Notes under the pieces: model-generated
The model's database searches: none
Told to the model about the DNA's origin: nothing
The model's input: only the letters and a program-made list of their open reading frames with translations
Made by a program: the position numbers and the translations under genes
Shown: piece by piece, positions 18,736 to 27,559 of the stretch
How positions within the stretch are numbered: the first letter of the stretch is position 1
Layout: the number at the start of each line of letters is the position of its first letter
Assembly: GCA_038060895.1 (NCBI GenBank)
Contig: JBBTCT010000009.1
Location: 80,082-144,081, forward strand
Direction of reading: 5' to 3'
Origin: Planctomycetota bacterium
GTDB taxonomy: Bacteria; Planctomycetota; MHYJ01; WSZJ01
Length of the DNA: 64,000 bases

Positions 18736-18975
18736 GTCTCTCTCCGTATCATTCTGTACATCGTACTTAATGCAATGCTATGAAAGGGTTTATGTCACTT
18801 TGAGCTTTGATGCGTGCGCGTCAAGGGCTAACCTCAAGGCACTAAACCCCTACAGGAAGGAAAAGCGAATGCCCCCGCCAAGAATAGCTGATCGGCCTGT
18901 CTAGAGGCCGGGACAAACAAGGGGGAGGAAGCGATCCCCGCGAAAGGTGCTGCTTCCTCCCCCACTAGATCGCCA

Positions 18976-19048
18976 GCCCGCGTACCCCAATCGGCAGAGG
19001 GCCAGCCTTGGACGCTGCATGGTACAGGTTCGAATCCTGTCGCGGGCA
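18976..19048 (+). tRNA. Atypical tRNA, anticodon TGG (Pro); no encoded CCA
   Basis: Acceptor GCCCGCG/CGCGGGC plus A73; D-loop AATCGGCA; anticodon arm CAGC-CTTGGAC-GCTG; T-arm ACAGG-TTCGAAT-CCTGT. One mismatch in the D stem and one in the anticodon stem. Confidence 0.8.
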
Positions 19049-19091
19049 TGAGACAGTTGTCATTCTACAACCCGCGTCAAGAGGCGAACCC

Positions 19092-19478
19092 ATGAACGTG
19101 ACTCACTTCTTCATCTGTCGCAAGAAGCACTTCAATGACAAGCAGCAGCAGATGGACGCCTACGGAATCTACTACTGTCCTGTGGATATCACGCCAACAG
19201 GAGAAGTTCCGATCACCGTACTTGCGGCCATCGAGGTTGATCCCGGCGAGGATGGCAGGCGTCTCAAGGTTTGCATCGATTCCCCGGGCGGTGGACGCTC
19301 TTGGGTTCCACTTCAAACAATCTCGAACCTGAACCGCGAACAGCGCGTGGGCTGGTTTCATGGATCGGGGCCTTTTGTCGCGCGGGAACCCGGGGATTAC
19401 ATTTTCCACCTGAAGACCGATGAGGCCGGACCTGATTTGGCCCCAGCTTGTTGCCTTCGTATGAAGCAACCGGGATAA
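19092..19478 (+). CDS. Hypothetical passenger protein (128 aa, predicted beta-rich, DUF6941-like)
   Basis: ATG at 19092 with GAGG; atypical codon usage; convergent with the transposase. Confidence 0.55.
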   Translation: MNVTHFFICRKKHFNDKQQQMDAYGIYYCPVDITPTGEVPITVLAAIEVDPGEDGRRLKVCIDSPGGGRSWVPLQTISNLNREQRVGWFHGSGPFVAREPGDYIFHLKTDEAGPDLAPACCLRMKQPG

Positions 19479-19513
19479 GAATGCACCCGGTTTCCAGCTT
19501 GCGAAAGTAGCCG

Positions 19514-20497
19514 TTATTCACCGCTGGCCCTCCGCTTTGGCTGTTCCAGCGTGAGCCTGCAACCTGGGGCCAGCTTCAGGGCCTCAACCATCCGCTCGCC
19601 GTCCGTCATCTTGCGGCGGTTGTAGCGGAACACGTATTCATCGGCGTACTTCTTGAGGTAGTCCCGCCCGACGCCGTGGTAGACGCCGACAAGCCCGGTC
19701 CTGAAGAGGCCGAAGAAGCCCTCGATGGTGTTGGTTGTGATTCCACCCGGCTTGGCGTACTGCTGAATCGAGTGATTGACCGTCTCATGCCCGCCGTACT
19801 TCCGGGCGATGGGCTTGTACATCGCGGCCTCATCGGTGTAGAGGACGGCGGACGGGTCAACCGTCGCTTTGATCACCCGGCGAATCTCATGCGAGCGGAC
19901 CTTCTTGGACTTCCGCTTGATGATGCTCACCCGGAGATCGCCGTCACGCTGGATAAGCCCGACAACCGGGGTCTTGGGCTTGTACTTGACCTTCCCGTTG
20001 ATGTTGCGCGGGCGTCCGCCCCAGTACATCTCATCGACCTCCACCGTCCCGGTAAGCAGCGTGCGCCCCTGCTTGAGACAGTGGCGGATGCGGTGGCAGA
20101 GGAACCAAGCCGACCTGTACGAACCCAACCCAAGGTGACGCTGTAGGCTCAAGGCAGAGATGCCCGTCTTGCTGGACATCATCATGTAGAACCCCATGAT
20201 CCACACGCGCAGGGGCAAGTGGCTCTTCTCCATGATCGTGCCCACCGTGACGCAGAAGTTGCGCTTGCACGCGCTACACCGCTTCAGGCCCGCGCGGATG
20301 CCCTTGTCCGGGTTTGGCGTCAGCGACCAGATGCGCCCCTTCTTGAACTCAAAGTAGCCCTTGTTGCAGTAGGGACACTCTGGGCCTTTCGGCCACCTGA
20401 TCTGTTCAAGGTACGCCCGCGCCTTGTCCTCATCTGGGAACAAGGCCTGTAGATCAAGCAGCGTAATCGAGTCAGCGGCTGGCATCTCATGCGTCAT
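19514..20497 (-). CDS. IS1595-family transposase
   Basis: Zn ribbon (RWP.GPECPYC...CSAC), VEVDEMYWGG, LYTDE, VNHS, TNTIEGFF and YADEYVFRYNRR motifs. Confidence 0.95.
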   Translation of the reverse strand: MTHEMPAADSITLLDLQALFPDEDKARAYLEQIRWPKGPECPYCNKGYFEFKKGRIWSLTPNPDKGIRAGLKRCSACKRNFCVTVGTIMEKSHLPLRVWIMGFYMMMSSKTGISALSLQRHLGLGSYRSAWFLCHRIRHCLKQGRTLLTGTVEVDEMYWGGRPRNINGKVKYKPKTPVVGLIQRDGDLRVSIIKRKSKKVRSHEIRRVIKATVDPSAVLYTDEAAMYKPIARKYGGHETVNHSIQQYAKPGGITTNTIEGFFGLFRTGLVGVYHGVGRDYLKKYADEYVFRYNRRKMTDGERMVEALKLAPGCRLTLEQPKRRASGE

Positions 20498-20642
20498 GGC
20501 TTATTCCTTGGGCTCTTCTGAAGTTGACAGTAATTCTAACGTATGAACCCCGTACCAAGGTTCGCTAAATGCATAATTCCGTGAGAAAATGCAAGTCATT
20601 AGCCCGCAGGGGCTTGCGCTGTCCTGATTTTGTCGATCCACG

Positions 20643-20671
20643 TTGACAGCATTACAGCAATGTCATATTAT
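20643..20671 (+). promoter_or_regulatory. Sigma-70 promoter with TGACA-N12-TGTCA dyad
   Basis: TTGACA-17-TATTAT, ending 10 nt before the ATG at 20682. Confidence 0.75.
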
Positions 20672-20681
20672 TACTGCAAGT

Positions 20682-21191
20682 ATGACCCCACCCACCGACG
20701 ACCTCACGCTCGACAGCCTCTGCGAAGACGCCACGCGCCTCCTGAAGAAACATGGCCTCCTCGACACCCAGCCCGACGGCCGCGTCAGCGACGCCCCCGA
20801 CGCCCGGACGGTGCGCTACTACACCACGATGGGCCTCGTCGACCGGCCGCGCATCGTGGACAGGGAAGCTCGCTACGGCTGGCGACAGGTCCTGCAGGTC
20901 CTCGCCATCAAGGCTCTTCAGCACCAGGGCCGCCCCCTCGCCCAGATCCAGGGCCTCCTCTACGGCCGCTCCGAAGCCGAGCTCGAATCCGTTCTCCGCG
21001 GCGTCACCGAACGCCCCCAGCCGCGCCGCCCCGCCGTGAAGACCGTCACCGTCCGCGAAGTCGTCCTCGAACCCGGCCTCCGCCTCCTCGTCGAGGAGGG
21101 GTGGGCCGCTTCCGACGCCGACTCGCTCGTCGCCCGTTTCCGCGCGGCCGTCGCCGCGCTCTCCGCTTCCAATGGAGGGAGCCCGTCATGA
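20682..21191 (+). CDS. MerR-family HTH regulator
   Basis: PDARTVRYYTTMGLVDRP...EARYG...IK.LQ.QG..L..I pattern. Confidence 0.85.
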   Translation: MTPPTDDLTLDSLCEDATRLLKKHGLLDTQPDGRVSDAPDARTVRYYTTMGLVDRPRIVDREARYGWRQVLQVLAIKALQHQGRPLAQIQGLLYGRSEAELESVLRGVTERPQPRRPAVKTVTVREVVLEPGLRLLVEEGWAASDADSLVARFRAAVAALSASNGGSPS

Positions 21192-23704
21192 AGCCCGCAG
21201 AGTCCGTCATCCTGTTCGACAGGCCGGGACATTCCCGCGGCGTCGGTCGCGTGGAGTGCGTCCGGGGCCGGGAAACCGTCATGCTGCCGCTCTCGGCGGT
21301 CGGCATGAAGGCGCGCGTGTCGGATCGCGTCGCGCGCGTCACCGTCACGCAGACGTTCCAGAACCCGTTCAGCGACGCCCTCGAGGCGGTCTACATTTTC
21401 CCGCTGGCCGGCGGAAGCGCCGTCAGCGACTTCGAGATGCGGGTCGGCAAGCGCGTGATCAAGGGTGCGGTCAAGGAGCGGCAGGAAGCGCGCGCGTCGT
21501 ACCAGAAGGCGATGCAGGAAGGGAAGCGGGCGGCTTTGATGGAACAGGAGCGCGACGACGTGTTCACGGTGAGCTGCGGCAACATTCCGCCGGGCGAAAC
21601 CGTCACGATCGTGATTCAGACGGCGGAGCGGCTTCCGTTCTTCGACGACGGCATGACGGAGCTGCGCCTGCCGGTCGTCGTCGCGCCGCGCTACATCGCG
21701 GGCACGCTGGTGGATGGCGAACCGACGGGCGACGGCGTCGAGTCCGACACCGACTCCGTCCCCGACGCTTCGCGCATCACGCCGCCGCGCCTCGCGGAGG
21801 GATTCGACCCGAAGGTCGCGCTCGGAATCGAAGTCGAGCTGCTGACTGCGGGCGAAGAGCTTCGCGACGTCGCGTGCACGCAGCACGCTACGCGCACTTC
21901 GCTCGGCCTGGAGAAGGTGGCCATCCGCCTCTCCTCCGAAGACGAGCCGCTCGACCGCGACTTCGTCCTCCGCTGGCGCGTCGCTTCCGCTTCCCTCCGC
22001 ACTACCTGCCTCTCCTGGAAGGACGACAAGGGCCGGCGCTTCGCCATGCTTTCCGTCGTTCCGCCGAAGCGCGACGGCTTCCTTGGGCTCGCGCGCGACG
22101 TTGTCTTCGTGCTCGACCGGTCGGGGTCGATGGAAGGGATCAAGATGGCGAGCGCGGCGCGCAGCTGTTCGATGCTGCTCCAGACGCTCGGGCCGCGGGA
22201 CCGCTTTTCGATCGTCGCGTTCGACAGCTCGACGTCGTGGATGGATCGCCAGTTCACCTGGGCGGACGACGCCGGCCTTTCGCGCGGCGACGCGTTCCTC
22301 CGCACGATTTCCGCCGACGGCGGCACCGATCTGGCCCCGGCGCTCACGGAAGCGCTGGATGTCGTGGGCCAGCGCCGGGAAACCGCGGGCCGCTCGCCGG
22401 TCGTCGTGATCCTGACGGACGGGGAGGTCGGCGACGAGTCCGGCATTCTCCGCATCCTGCAGCACAAGCTCGGCGACGCCCGCACGTTCACCATTGGCAT
22501 CGACACCGCGGTGAACTCCGGCTTCCTCAAGCGGCTCGCGTCGCTCGGCGGCGGTACTTCATCGTTCGTCACTCCCGGCGGCGATCTCGAGGACGCCCTT
22601 CGCTCGGTCGGCCGCGAAATCGGCCAGCCGCTCGTCACCGATCTCTCGATCGCGGACAGCGGTCTGGAAGCGGACTCCGTCGCCCCGGCGCGCATTCCCG
22701 ATCTGTTCGCCGGCCGCGCGTCCGCTGCGCACTTCGTCCCGACCAGCGCCACCACCGTCCGCGTCACCGGCCGCTTCAGCGACGGCCGCGCCTTCGACCA
22801 GACCGTTCCGATCCACGAGATCGACCAGCCCGCGCTCGCCAGCCTCTGGGCGCGCGCCCGCGTCGCCGACCTCGAGGACAACTTCCGCATTCATCCCGAA
22901 ATGCAGGCCGACCTGAAATCGCAGATCGTCCGCATCGCATGCGAGCACACGCTTCTCACGCGGTTCACGGCGTTCGTCGCGGTGGACCATGCCGAGATTG
23001 CGAATCCCTCGGGCCGCGCCCGCCACGTCGTGCAGCCGGTCGAGAAGCCTGCGAAGTGGGAAATGGAGAAGGACCGCGAAGTTCTCTGCAGCCTCGTGCC
23101 GAGCGCCCCGGCCGACAAGTTCGCGCGCGAGACGATGCTCGACATGGACAACGTGTGCGAAGAAGCGCCCGTTCCTCCCGCGGCGAACCGCAACTCGTCG
23201 TCGCCTAAGAAGCCTGCGCACGGCGCCGGGGTTTTCCACCCGCAGCCGCCCGCTCCGCGTCCGGCCTCTCCGCCCGCCGGAATGATCCGCTTCGGTGCTG
23301 CCAACGTACCCCAGGGTGAGGAGGTTCCGCTCTCCGACAAGGACCGCGACGAGTTCACTGCAGCTCTCGAAGCGTTTGCCAAGGCCCTTTCAGCCGCGCG
23401 CGCCGAGTCGAAGTCCGGCCGCATCCCGCAGACCGACGTCCTCGAGGAAGCGCGCGTCGCGCTCCTCAAGACGCTCGCCGCCTCGCCGCTCGCACCGGAC
23501 GTCCCGCTCCTCCAGCGCTTTCTCCGCCAGTCTTCCCTCGAGCTAGCCGCCGCCTGCCGCACCGAAGGGGCCACGGCCGCCGGTCTTCACGAGATGTTCG
23601 AGCACCATGCAAAACTCTTCGAGTCCGCCCTCAAGGAGGCCGACGCCGCCCTCGCGGGCCAGCGTGGCCGCCGCTGGTGGGCCTTCTGGGAGAAAACCGT
23701 CTGA
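21188..23704 (+). CDS. VIT plus von Willebrand factor A domain protein
   Basis: VIT (VTQTFQNP..LEAVYIFPL...AVSDFEM) and vWA MIDAS (DRSGSM, GGT, LTDG). ATG overlaps the MerR stop (ATGA). Confidence 0.92.
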   Translation: MKPAESVILFDRPGHSRGVGRVECVRGRETVMLPLSAVGMKARVSDRVARVTVTQTFQNPFSDALEAVYIFPLAGGSAVSDFEMRVGKRVIKGAVKERQEARASYQKAMQEGKRAALMEQERDDVFTVSCGNIPPGETVTIVIQTAERLPFFDDGMTELRLPVVVAPRYIAGTLVDGEPTGDGVESDTDSVPDASRITPPRLAEGFDPKVALGIEVELLTAGEELRDVACTQHATRTSLGLEKVAIRLSSEDEPLDRDFVLRWRVASASLRTTCLSWKDDKGRRFAMLSVVPPKRDGFLGLARDVVFVLDRSGSMEGIKMASAARSCSMLLQTLGPRDRFSIVAFDSSTSWMDRQFTWADDAGLSRGDAFLRTISADGGTDLAPALTEALDVVGQRRETAGRSPVVVILTDGEVGDESGILRILQHKLGDARTFTIGIDTAVNSGFLKRLASLGGGTSSFVTPGGDLEDALRSVGREIGQPLVTDLSIADSGLEADSVAPARIPDLFAGRASAAHFVPTSATTVRVTGRFSDGRAFDQTVPIHEIDQPALASLWARARVADLEDNFRIHPEMQADLKSQIVRIACEHTLLTRFTAFVAVDHAEIANPSGRARHVVQPVEKPAKWEMEKDREVLCSLVPSAPADKFARETMLDMDNVCEEAPVPPAANRNSSSPKKPAHGAGVFHPQPPAPRPASPPAGMIRFGAANVPQGEEVPLSDKDRDEFTAALEAFAKALSAARAESKSGRIPQTDVLEEARVALLKTLAASPLAPDVPLLQRFLRQSSLELAAACRTEGATAAGLHEMFEHHAKLFESALKEADAALAGQRGRRWWAFWEKTV

Positions 23705-23869
23705 CCGTGATCCGGGAGCGACGACTCCCGCCGCGAACTCCGCGGCCGGACCAGTCGCTCCCGGTGAGCCAGAATCGTGAGTCCGGGAGCGCCATGTCCT
23801 GCTTCGTCACCGTGGGCCGGTGGGCGAAGCGGGGTCGCTCCCGGACTTATTTTGGCGCCGACCGACCAT

Positions 23870-25003
23870 CTACTTCCCGACCGGCACAACGAATTCATCC
23901 TTCGCTTCATGCCAGTTCGGCCGTAACTCGTCACCCGGGTCCACGGGAACGAACGTGCCGCGGATTTCCGATTCGCCGACTTCGAGCATGACGAAGTGGT
24001 GCAGGCCGGCGATGAATCTGCGCGACCCGGGCTCTGCGCGGTCCGGCTCGAACGAAGTGAACTCGCCGCCCGCGCCGCCCGTGACGACACAGGTCATCGT
24101 CCGGCCCGGTGCGGCGACGTCGATACGTTCGTACGCATGCGCGTGCCCCGAAAGCAGTAGAGGCACGCGGTGGGCGAGCAGCTGTTTCTCCGAGACATCA
24201 TGGCGCATCGCCGGCATCGGCGGCTCGAGCGACGCCGACGAATAGGGCGGAAAGTGAGCGCACACGATGGTCGTGAGCTTGCGCTCGTCGGCGTCCTTGA
24301 GCATCGCTTCCAGCCACTTCAGCTGCTCGCCGTCGTGCACGAGCGGATCGAAGTCGCTCTGGACGTCGTTGCCTGAGTCGAGCACGACGAGCCGGATGTT
24401 TCCCGCATCGAGGATTCTCCAGAGCCTCATGGGCTCCGGCGCCCCGGAAAACGCCGCGACGTCTTCGCGGTCAACGCCGTGATAGAGGTCGTGATTCCCG
24501 GGCACGAACAGGAACGGCACGCGGTCGACGCCGCGCAGCGGCCACGATTCCTCGAGGAAGCGATTCAGTCCCTCCGGATCGGTAGGCGGCCCCAGCGGGC
24601 GCAGGACGGTCTCGTGCCACAGTGCCGGAAAGGGAAGCAGGCTGAGCAGGCCGAACGCGGGCTTGCCGCGCTGGTATTGCGGCCAGAACGGAACCGCGTA
24701 CGTCAGCGTTCCCCAGTCGGGCATGTGTCCCGCGGGGAGGCAGTCGCAGGCGTCGCCGACGAAGATCACGAGATCCGGCTTCCGCCTCCGGATCTCCTCG
24801 ACGACGGCGCGCTGCGCTTCACGATTTCCCTGCGCATCGCCGTAGACTGCGATGCGGAAGGGGCGACCTTCGGGAAGCGCCGCTGGCGCGGGAACGCTCA
24901 GGCTCTTTCCGTCGATCAGCCACCGGGCGTCGGCGCGTGGATGTCCCGCAATGGAGGCGCAGCCGCAGAGGGCGGCGAGAAGGAAAGCGGGGAGGCGGCG
25001 CAT
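23870..25003 (-). CDS. Calcineurin-like metallophosphoesterase, probable lipoprotein
   Basis: GD, GD, PGNHD, H and SGHAHAYER motifs; signal ending in ALCGC. Confidence 0.85.
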   Translation of the reverse strand: MRRLPAFLLAALCGCASIAGHPRADARWLIDGKSLSVPAPAALPEGRPFRIAVYGDAQGNREAQRAVVEEIRRRKPDLVIFVGDACDCLPAGHMPDWGTLTYAVPFWPQYQRGKPAFGLLSLLPFPALWHETVLRPLGPPTDPEGLNRFLEESWPLRGVDRVPFLFVPGNHDLYHGVDREDVAAFSGAPEPMRLWRILDAGNIRLVVLDSGNDVQSDFDPLVHDGEQLKWLEAMLKDADERKLTTIVCAHFPPYSSASLEPPMPAMRHDVSEKQLLAHRVPLLLSGHAHAYERIDVAAPGRTMTCVVTGGAGGEFTSFEPDRAEPGSRRFIAGLHHFVMLEVGESEIRGTFVPVDPGDELRPNWHEAKDEFVVPVGK

Positions 25004-25037
25004 GGCGGGGAGTCTAGCCCCAGGTGGCGCGGCCCCG

Positions 25038-25937
25038 CTACCTCTTCACCAGGTCCAGCGCCACCGCCTCCAGCTTCGCGCGGTCGCGAATGCGCTCGAG
25101 CCATCGCTGCGGAATTGCCTCCATCCCGTCGCGCGCGCCGAGAAGCGCCCCCGCCACCGCCCCGTTCGTATCGGAATCCCCGGCAGCATTGACGACGGCG
25201 AGAAGCGTCTCCTCGAGCGGCGCTTTCTGGGCGACGGCCCAGAACGCGGCTGCGGTGCAGGTGACGGTGTAGCCGATCGCGTTGCCGGCGCGGATCGGGA
25301 TGTCGTCGAGCGCGCGGAGCGAAGACGAAGCGAGCGCTTCCAGGATTTCGGGCTCCGGCTTCGGAAGAGCGCGGACCGCGGCGAGCGCCGCTTCGAGCGC
25401 CGGTCCGCCGTTCAGCAGGGAAGCGACGGCGGCGGCGATCGCCAGGGCGCCCTGGATGCAGCGCGGGTCGAAGTGGGTGATGGCGGTGGCGTCGTGCGCG
25501 GCCTTCGCCAGCGCTTCGGGATTGTCGTGGAAGGCGAGACCGACAGGGGCGACGCGCATGACGCCGCCGTTGCCCGCGGCGCGACCGACGGACTGTTCCC
25601 AGACCATCCGGCCGGCGTCGAGCGGCGCGAAGCCCTTCTCGAAGAGACGGATGGCCTGCTGCGTCTGGGACCCCATGCCGCGGCCGTTGGCGCGCGCCCA
25701 TTTCTGGAAGCGGTTGGCCAGGTCGCGCGGATCGGCCTTGCGGTGGCGGGCGAGGGATTCCGCGAGTTCGAATGCCTGCGCGAGGTCGTCGTCCCAGGGC
25801 CGGCGGAGTTCCGCTTCCGGGATGTCGGTGACCGGCGGAACGCGCGGCTCGAGTTCGAACTCGGCCTCGAGCCCGAGCATGTTGCCGGCGGCGAGGCCGA
25901 GTAGAGTTCCTGTTGCGCGGGAGGTCAGCGGAGGCAT
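25038..25937 (-). CDS. ADP-ribosylglycohydrolase family protein
   Basis: LLGLAAG, WDDD, GNGGVMRVAP, ITH and GDSDTNGAVAGAL.GA motifs. Confidence 0.92.
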   Translation of the reverse strand: MPPLTSRATGTLLGLAAGNMLGLEAEFELEPRVPPVTDIPEAELRRPWDDDLAQAFELAESLARHRKADPRDLANRFQKWARANGRGMGSQTQQAIRLFEKGFAPLDAGRMVWEQSVGRAAGNGGVMRVAPVGLAFHDNPEALAKAAHDATAITHFDPRCIQGALAIAAAVASLLNGGPALEAALAAVRALPKPEPEILEALASSSLRALDDIPIRAGNAIGYTVTCTAAAFWAVAQKAPLEETLLAVVNAAGDSDTNGAVAGALLGARDGMEAIPQRWLERIRDRAKLEAVALDLVKR

Positions 25938-26040
25938 GTGCGCGGATTATGGCTCTGCGGAACGACAAATCCCAACCCCACCCCAAATCCCAATCCGAAC
26001 AATCGGGCGCGCCCCTTGGAATTTGGAGTTGGCGTTGGGA

Positions 26041-26073
26041 TCCGCCTTCGCCCTTCGGGCTTCGGCGGACAAG
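26041..26073. repeat. REP-like palindrome flanked by hexamer repeats
   Basis: TCCGCCTTCGCCCTTCGGGCTTCGGCGGACAAG hairpin; CCCAAY and TTGGAG-type tracts at 25969-26040. Confidence 0.5.
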
Positions 26074-26161
26074 TTTTGGAGCTGTCGTTCGTTTTCTCCC
26101 GCTCTTCCACCCCTCCCGCTACAATCCCTCCCCCGCGCCCACCCCCAAGAGACACCACACC

Positions 26162-27442
26162 ATGTTCCGCGACCGCGACACCGACACCCGCTCCTTCACT
26201 AAAGGCACCGGTCTTTTCCCGGGTGACCGCGCGCTTTCGGTGCGCGAGGCTTACGACGTGATCATGTCGCACCTGCCGCAGCCGGCGATCGAGAAGGTGC
26301 CGCTGATGCGCTCGCTCGGGCTCGTGCTCGCCGAAGACATCATCGCCGATATGGACATGCCGCCGTGGGACCGCGCTTCCATGGACGGTTACGCCGTGCG
26401 CTCGGCGGATGCCGCGGCGCCCGTCGAACTCAAGGTCGTGGACGTGATCCCGGCGGGAAAGATGAGCAAGCGGGCTCTGAAGCCGGGCGAAGCGATCCAG
26501 ATCATGACGGGAGCGCCGGTGCCCGAGGGCGCGGACGCGATCGTGCCGGTCGAGAAGACGAAGGCGTCCGGCGACATCGTGCAGATCCGCGAGGCGGTAG
26601 TGGCAGGCGCGCACATCTCGAAGCGGGCGACGGACATCAAGACCGGCGAATTGCTCATCAAGAAGGGGAACGTGGTGCGCTCGCAGGAAGTCGGCCTGAT
26701 GGCGAGCGTCGGGTACCACGCGCCGAAGGTCTTCCGGCGGCCGACGGTCGCGCTCCTGACGACCGGCGACGAGCTCGTCGAGGTGGACAAGAAGCCGGCC
26801 GAGGGGCAGATCCGCAATTCGAACGCCCACTCGCTCGCGGCTCAGATCGCTTCGATCGGCGTCCCGTACGCGTATCTCGGGATCGTGCCGGACGTGCGCG
26901 AAGCGCTGACGGCGAAGCTCGAGCAGGCGATGGCCGCGGCCAACGTCGTAATCCTGACCGGCGGCGTCAGCGCGGGCGAGTACGACCTCGTCGAGGACGT
27001 GATGAAGTCGAAGGGGATCGAGATCGTCTTCGAGCGCGTCGCGATCAAGCCCGGGCGGCCCATGGTGTTCGCGAAGTCGCCGGAAAAGCTGCTCTTCGGC
27101 CTCCCCGGGAATCCCGTCTCGACTTTCGTGACGTTCGAGGTCTTCCTGCGGCCTGCACTCGGGCGCATGATGGGGAACATGCTGATGGACCGCCAGGTCA
27201 TCGAGGCGGAGATCTCGGCGAACTTCGGGAAGCCCCAGCCGCGCGACCAGTACTGCCCGTCGCGGCTTACCTGGATCCGCGATCACTATGTCGTCGCGCC
27301 GATCGAGTCGCACGGAAGCGCGGATCTGCGGGCGCTGTCGCAGGCGAATTCGCTGCTCCTGATTCCGAGCGGCGAAGGACCGTATCTGGCGGGGAAAAAG
27401 GTGAAGGTCCTGGCGCTGGATGAGGACCAGGGGAAGGTTTGA
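26162..27442 (+). CDS. moeA: Molybdopterin molybdotransferase MoeA
   Basis: PPWDRASMDGYA, IMTGAPVP.GADA, TGDEL, NSN, TGGVS.G, IKPGRP and GLPGNPVS motifs. Confidence 0.95.
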   Translation: MFRDRDTDTRSFTKGTGLFPGDRALSVREAYDVIMSHLPQPAIEKVPLMRSLGLVLAEDIIADMDMPPWDRASMDGYAVRSADAAAPVELKVVDVIPAGKMSKRALKPGEAIQIMTGAPVPEGADAIVPVEKTKASGDIVQIREAVVAGAHISKRATDIKTGELLIKKGNVVRSQEVGLMASVGYHAPKVFRRPTVALLTTGDELVEVDKKPAEGQIRNSNAHSLAAQIASIGVPYAYLGIVPDVREALTAKLEQAMAAANVVILTGGVSAGEYDLVEDVMKSKGIEIVFERVAIKPGRPMVFAKSPEKLLFGLPGNPVSTFVTFEVFLRPALGRMMGNMLMDRQVIEAEISANFGKPQPRDQYCPSRLTWIRDHYVVAPIESHGSADLRALSQANSLLLIPSGEGPYLAGKKVKVLALDEDQGKV

Positions 27443-27465
27443 GCTTGGCGCCGGGACGGAAGTGC

Positions 27466-27510
27466 AATTTAGAATTTATAATTTAGAATTATAAATTATG
27501 AATTAGGAAT
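27466..27510 (+). repeat. AT-rich heptamer tandem repeat AATT(N3) x6
   Basis: AATTTAG AATTTAT AATTTAG AATTATA AATTATG AATTAGG. Confidence 0.85.
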
Positions 27511-27559
27511 GCGCAGGACCGACCACTGAATTCGCGATTCCACCTCCCTCAGGGAAAAC

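Larger units (their letters stand above)
18513..20580. mobile_element. IS1595-family element with passenger genes
   Basis: Imperfect TIRs GCGGATTGTGCTCTTACAGAACCTTGGT and (rc) GGAATTATGCATTTAGCGAACCTTGGT. Direct repeat GTGAGAAA at 18505-18512 and 20581-20588. Lower GC; contains the transposase. Ends are uncertain by 1 bp. Confidence 0.85.

Noticed and set aside
18886-18920. Possible hammerhead ribozyme (CTGATCG-stem) upstream of the tRNA
   Set aside because: The core does not match CUGANGA...GAAA and no stem I/III was found.
18976-19048. tRNA as selC or as an integration site
   Set aside because: The anticodon is TGG, the variable arm is short and the acceptor stem is 7 bp, so it is not tRNA-Sec. 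No duplicated 3' end or integrase is present.
20630-21187. N-terminal extension making the VIT protein 1024 aa
   Set aside because: It overlaps the MerR gene in another frame; the real start is the coupled ATG at 21188.
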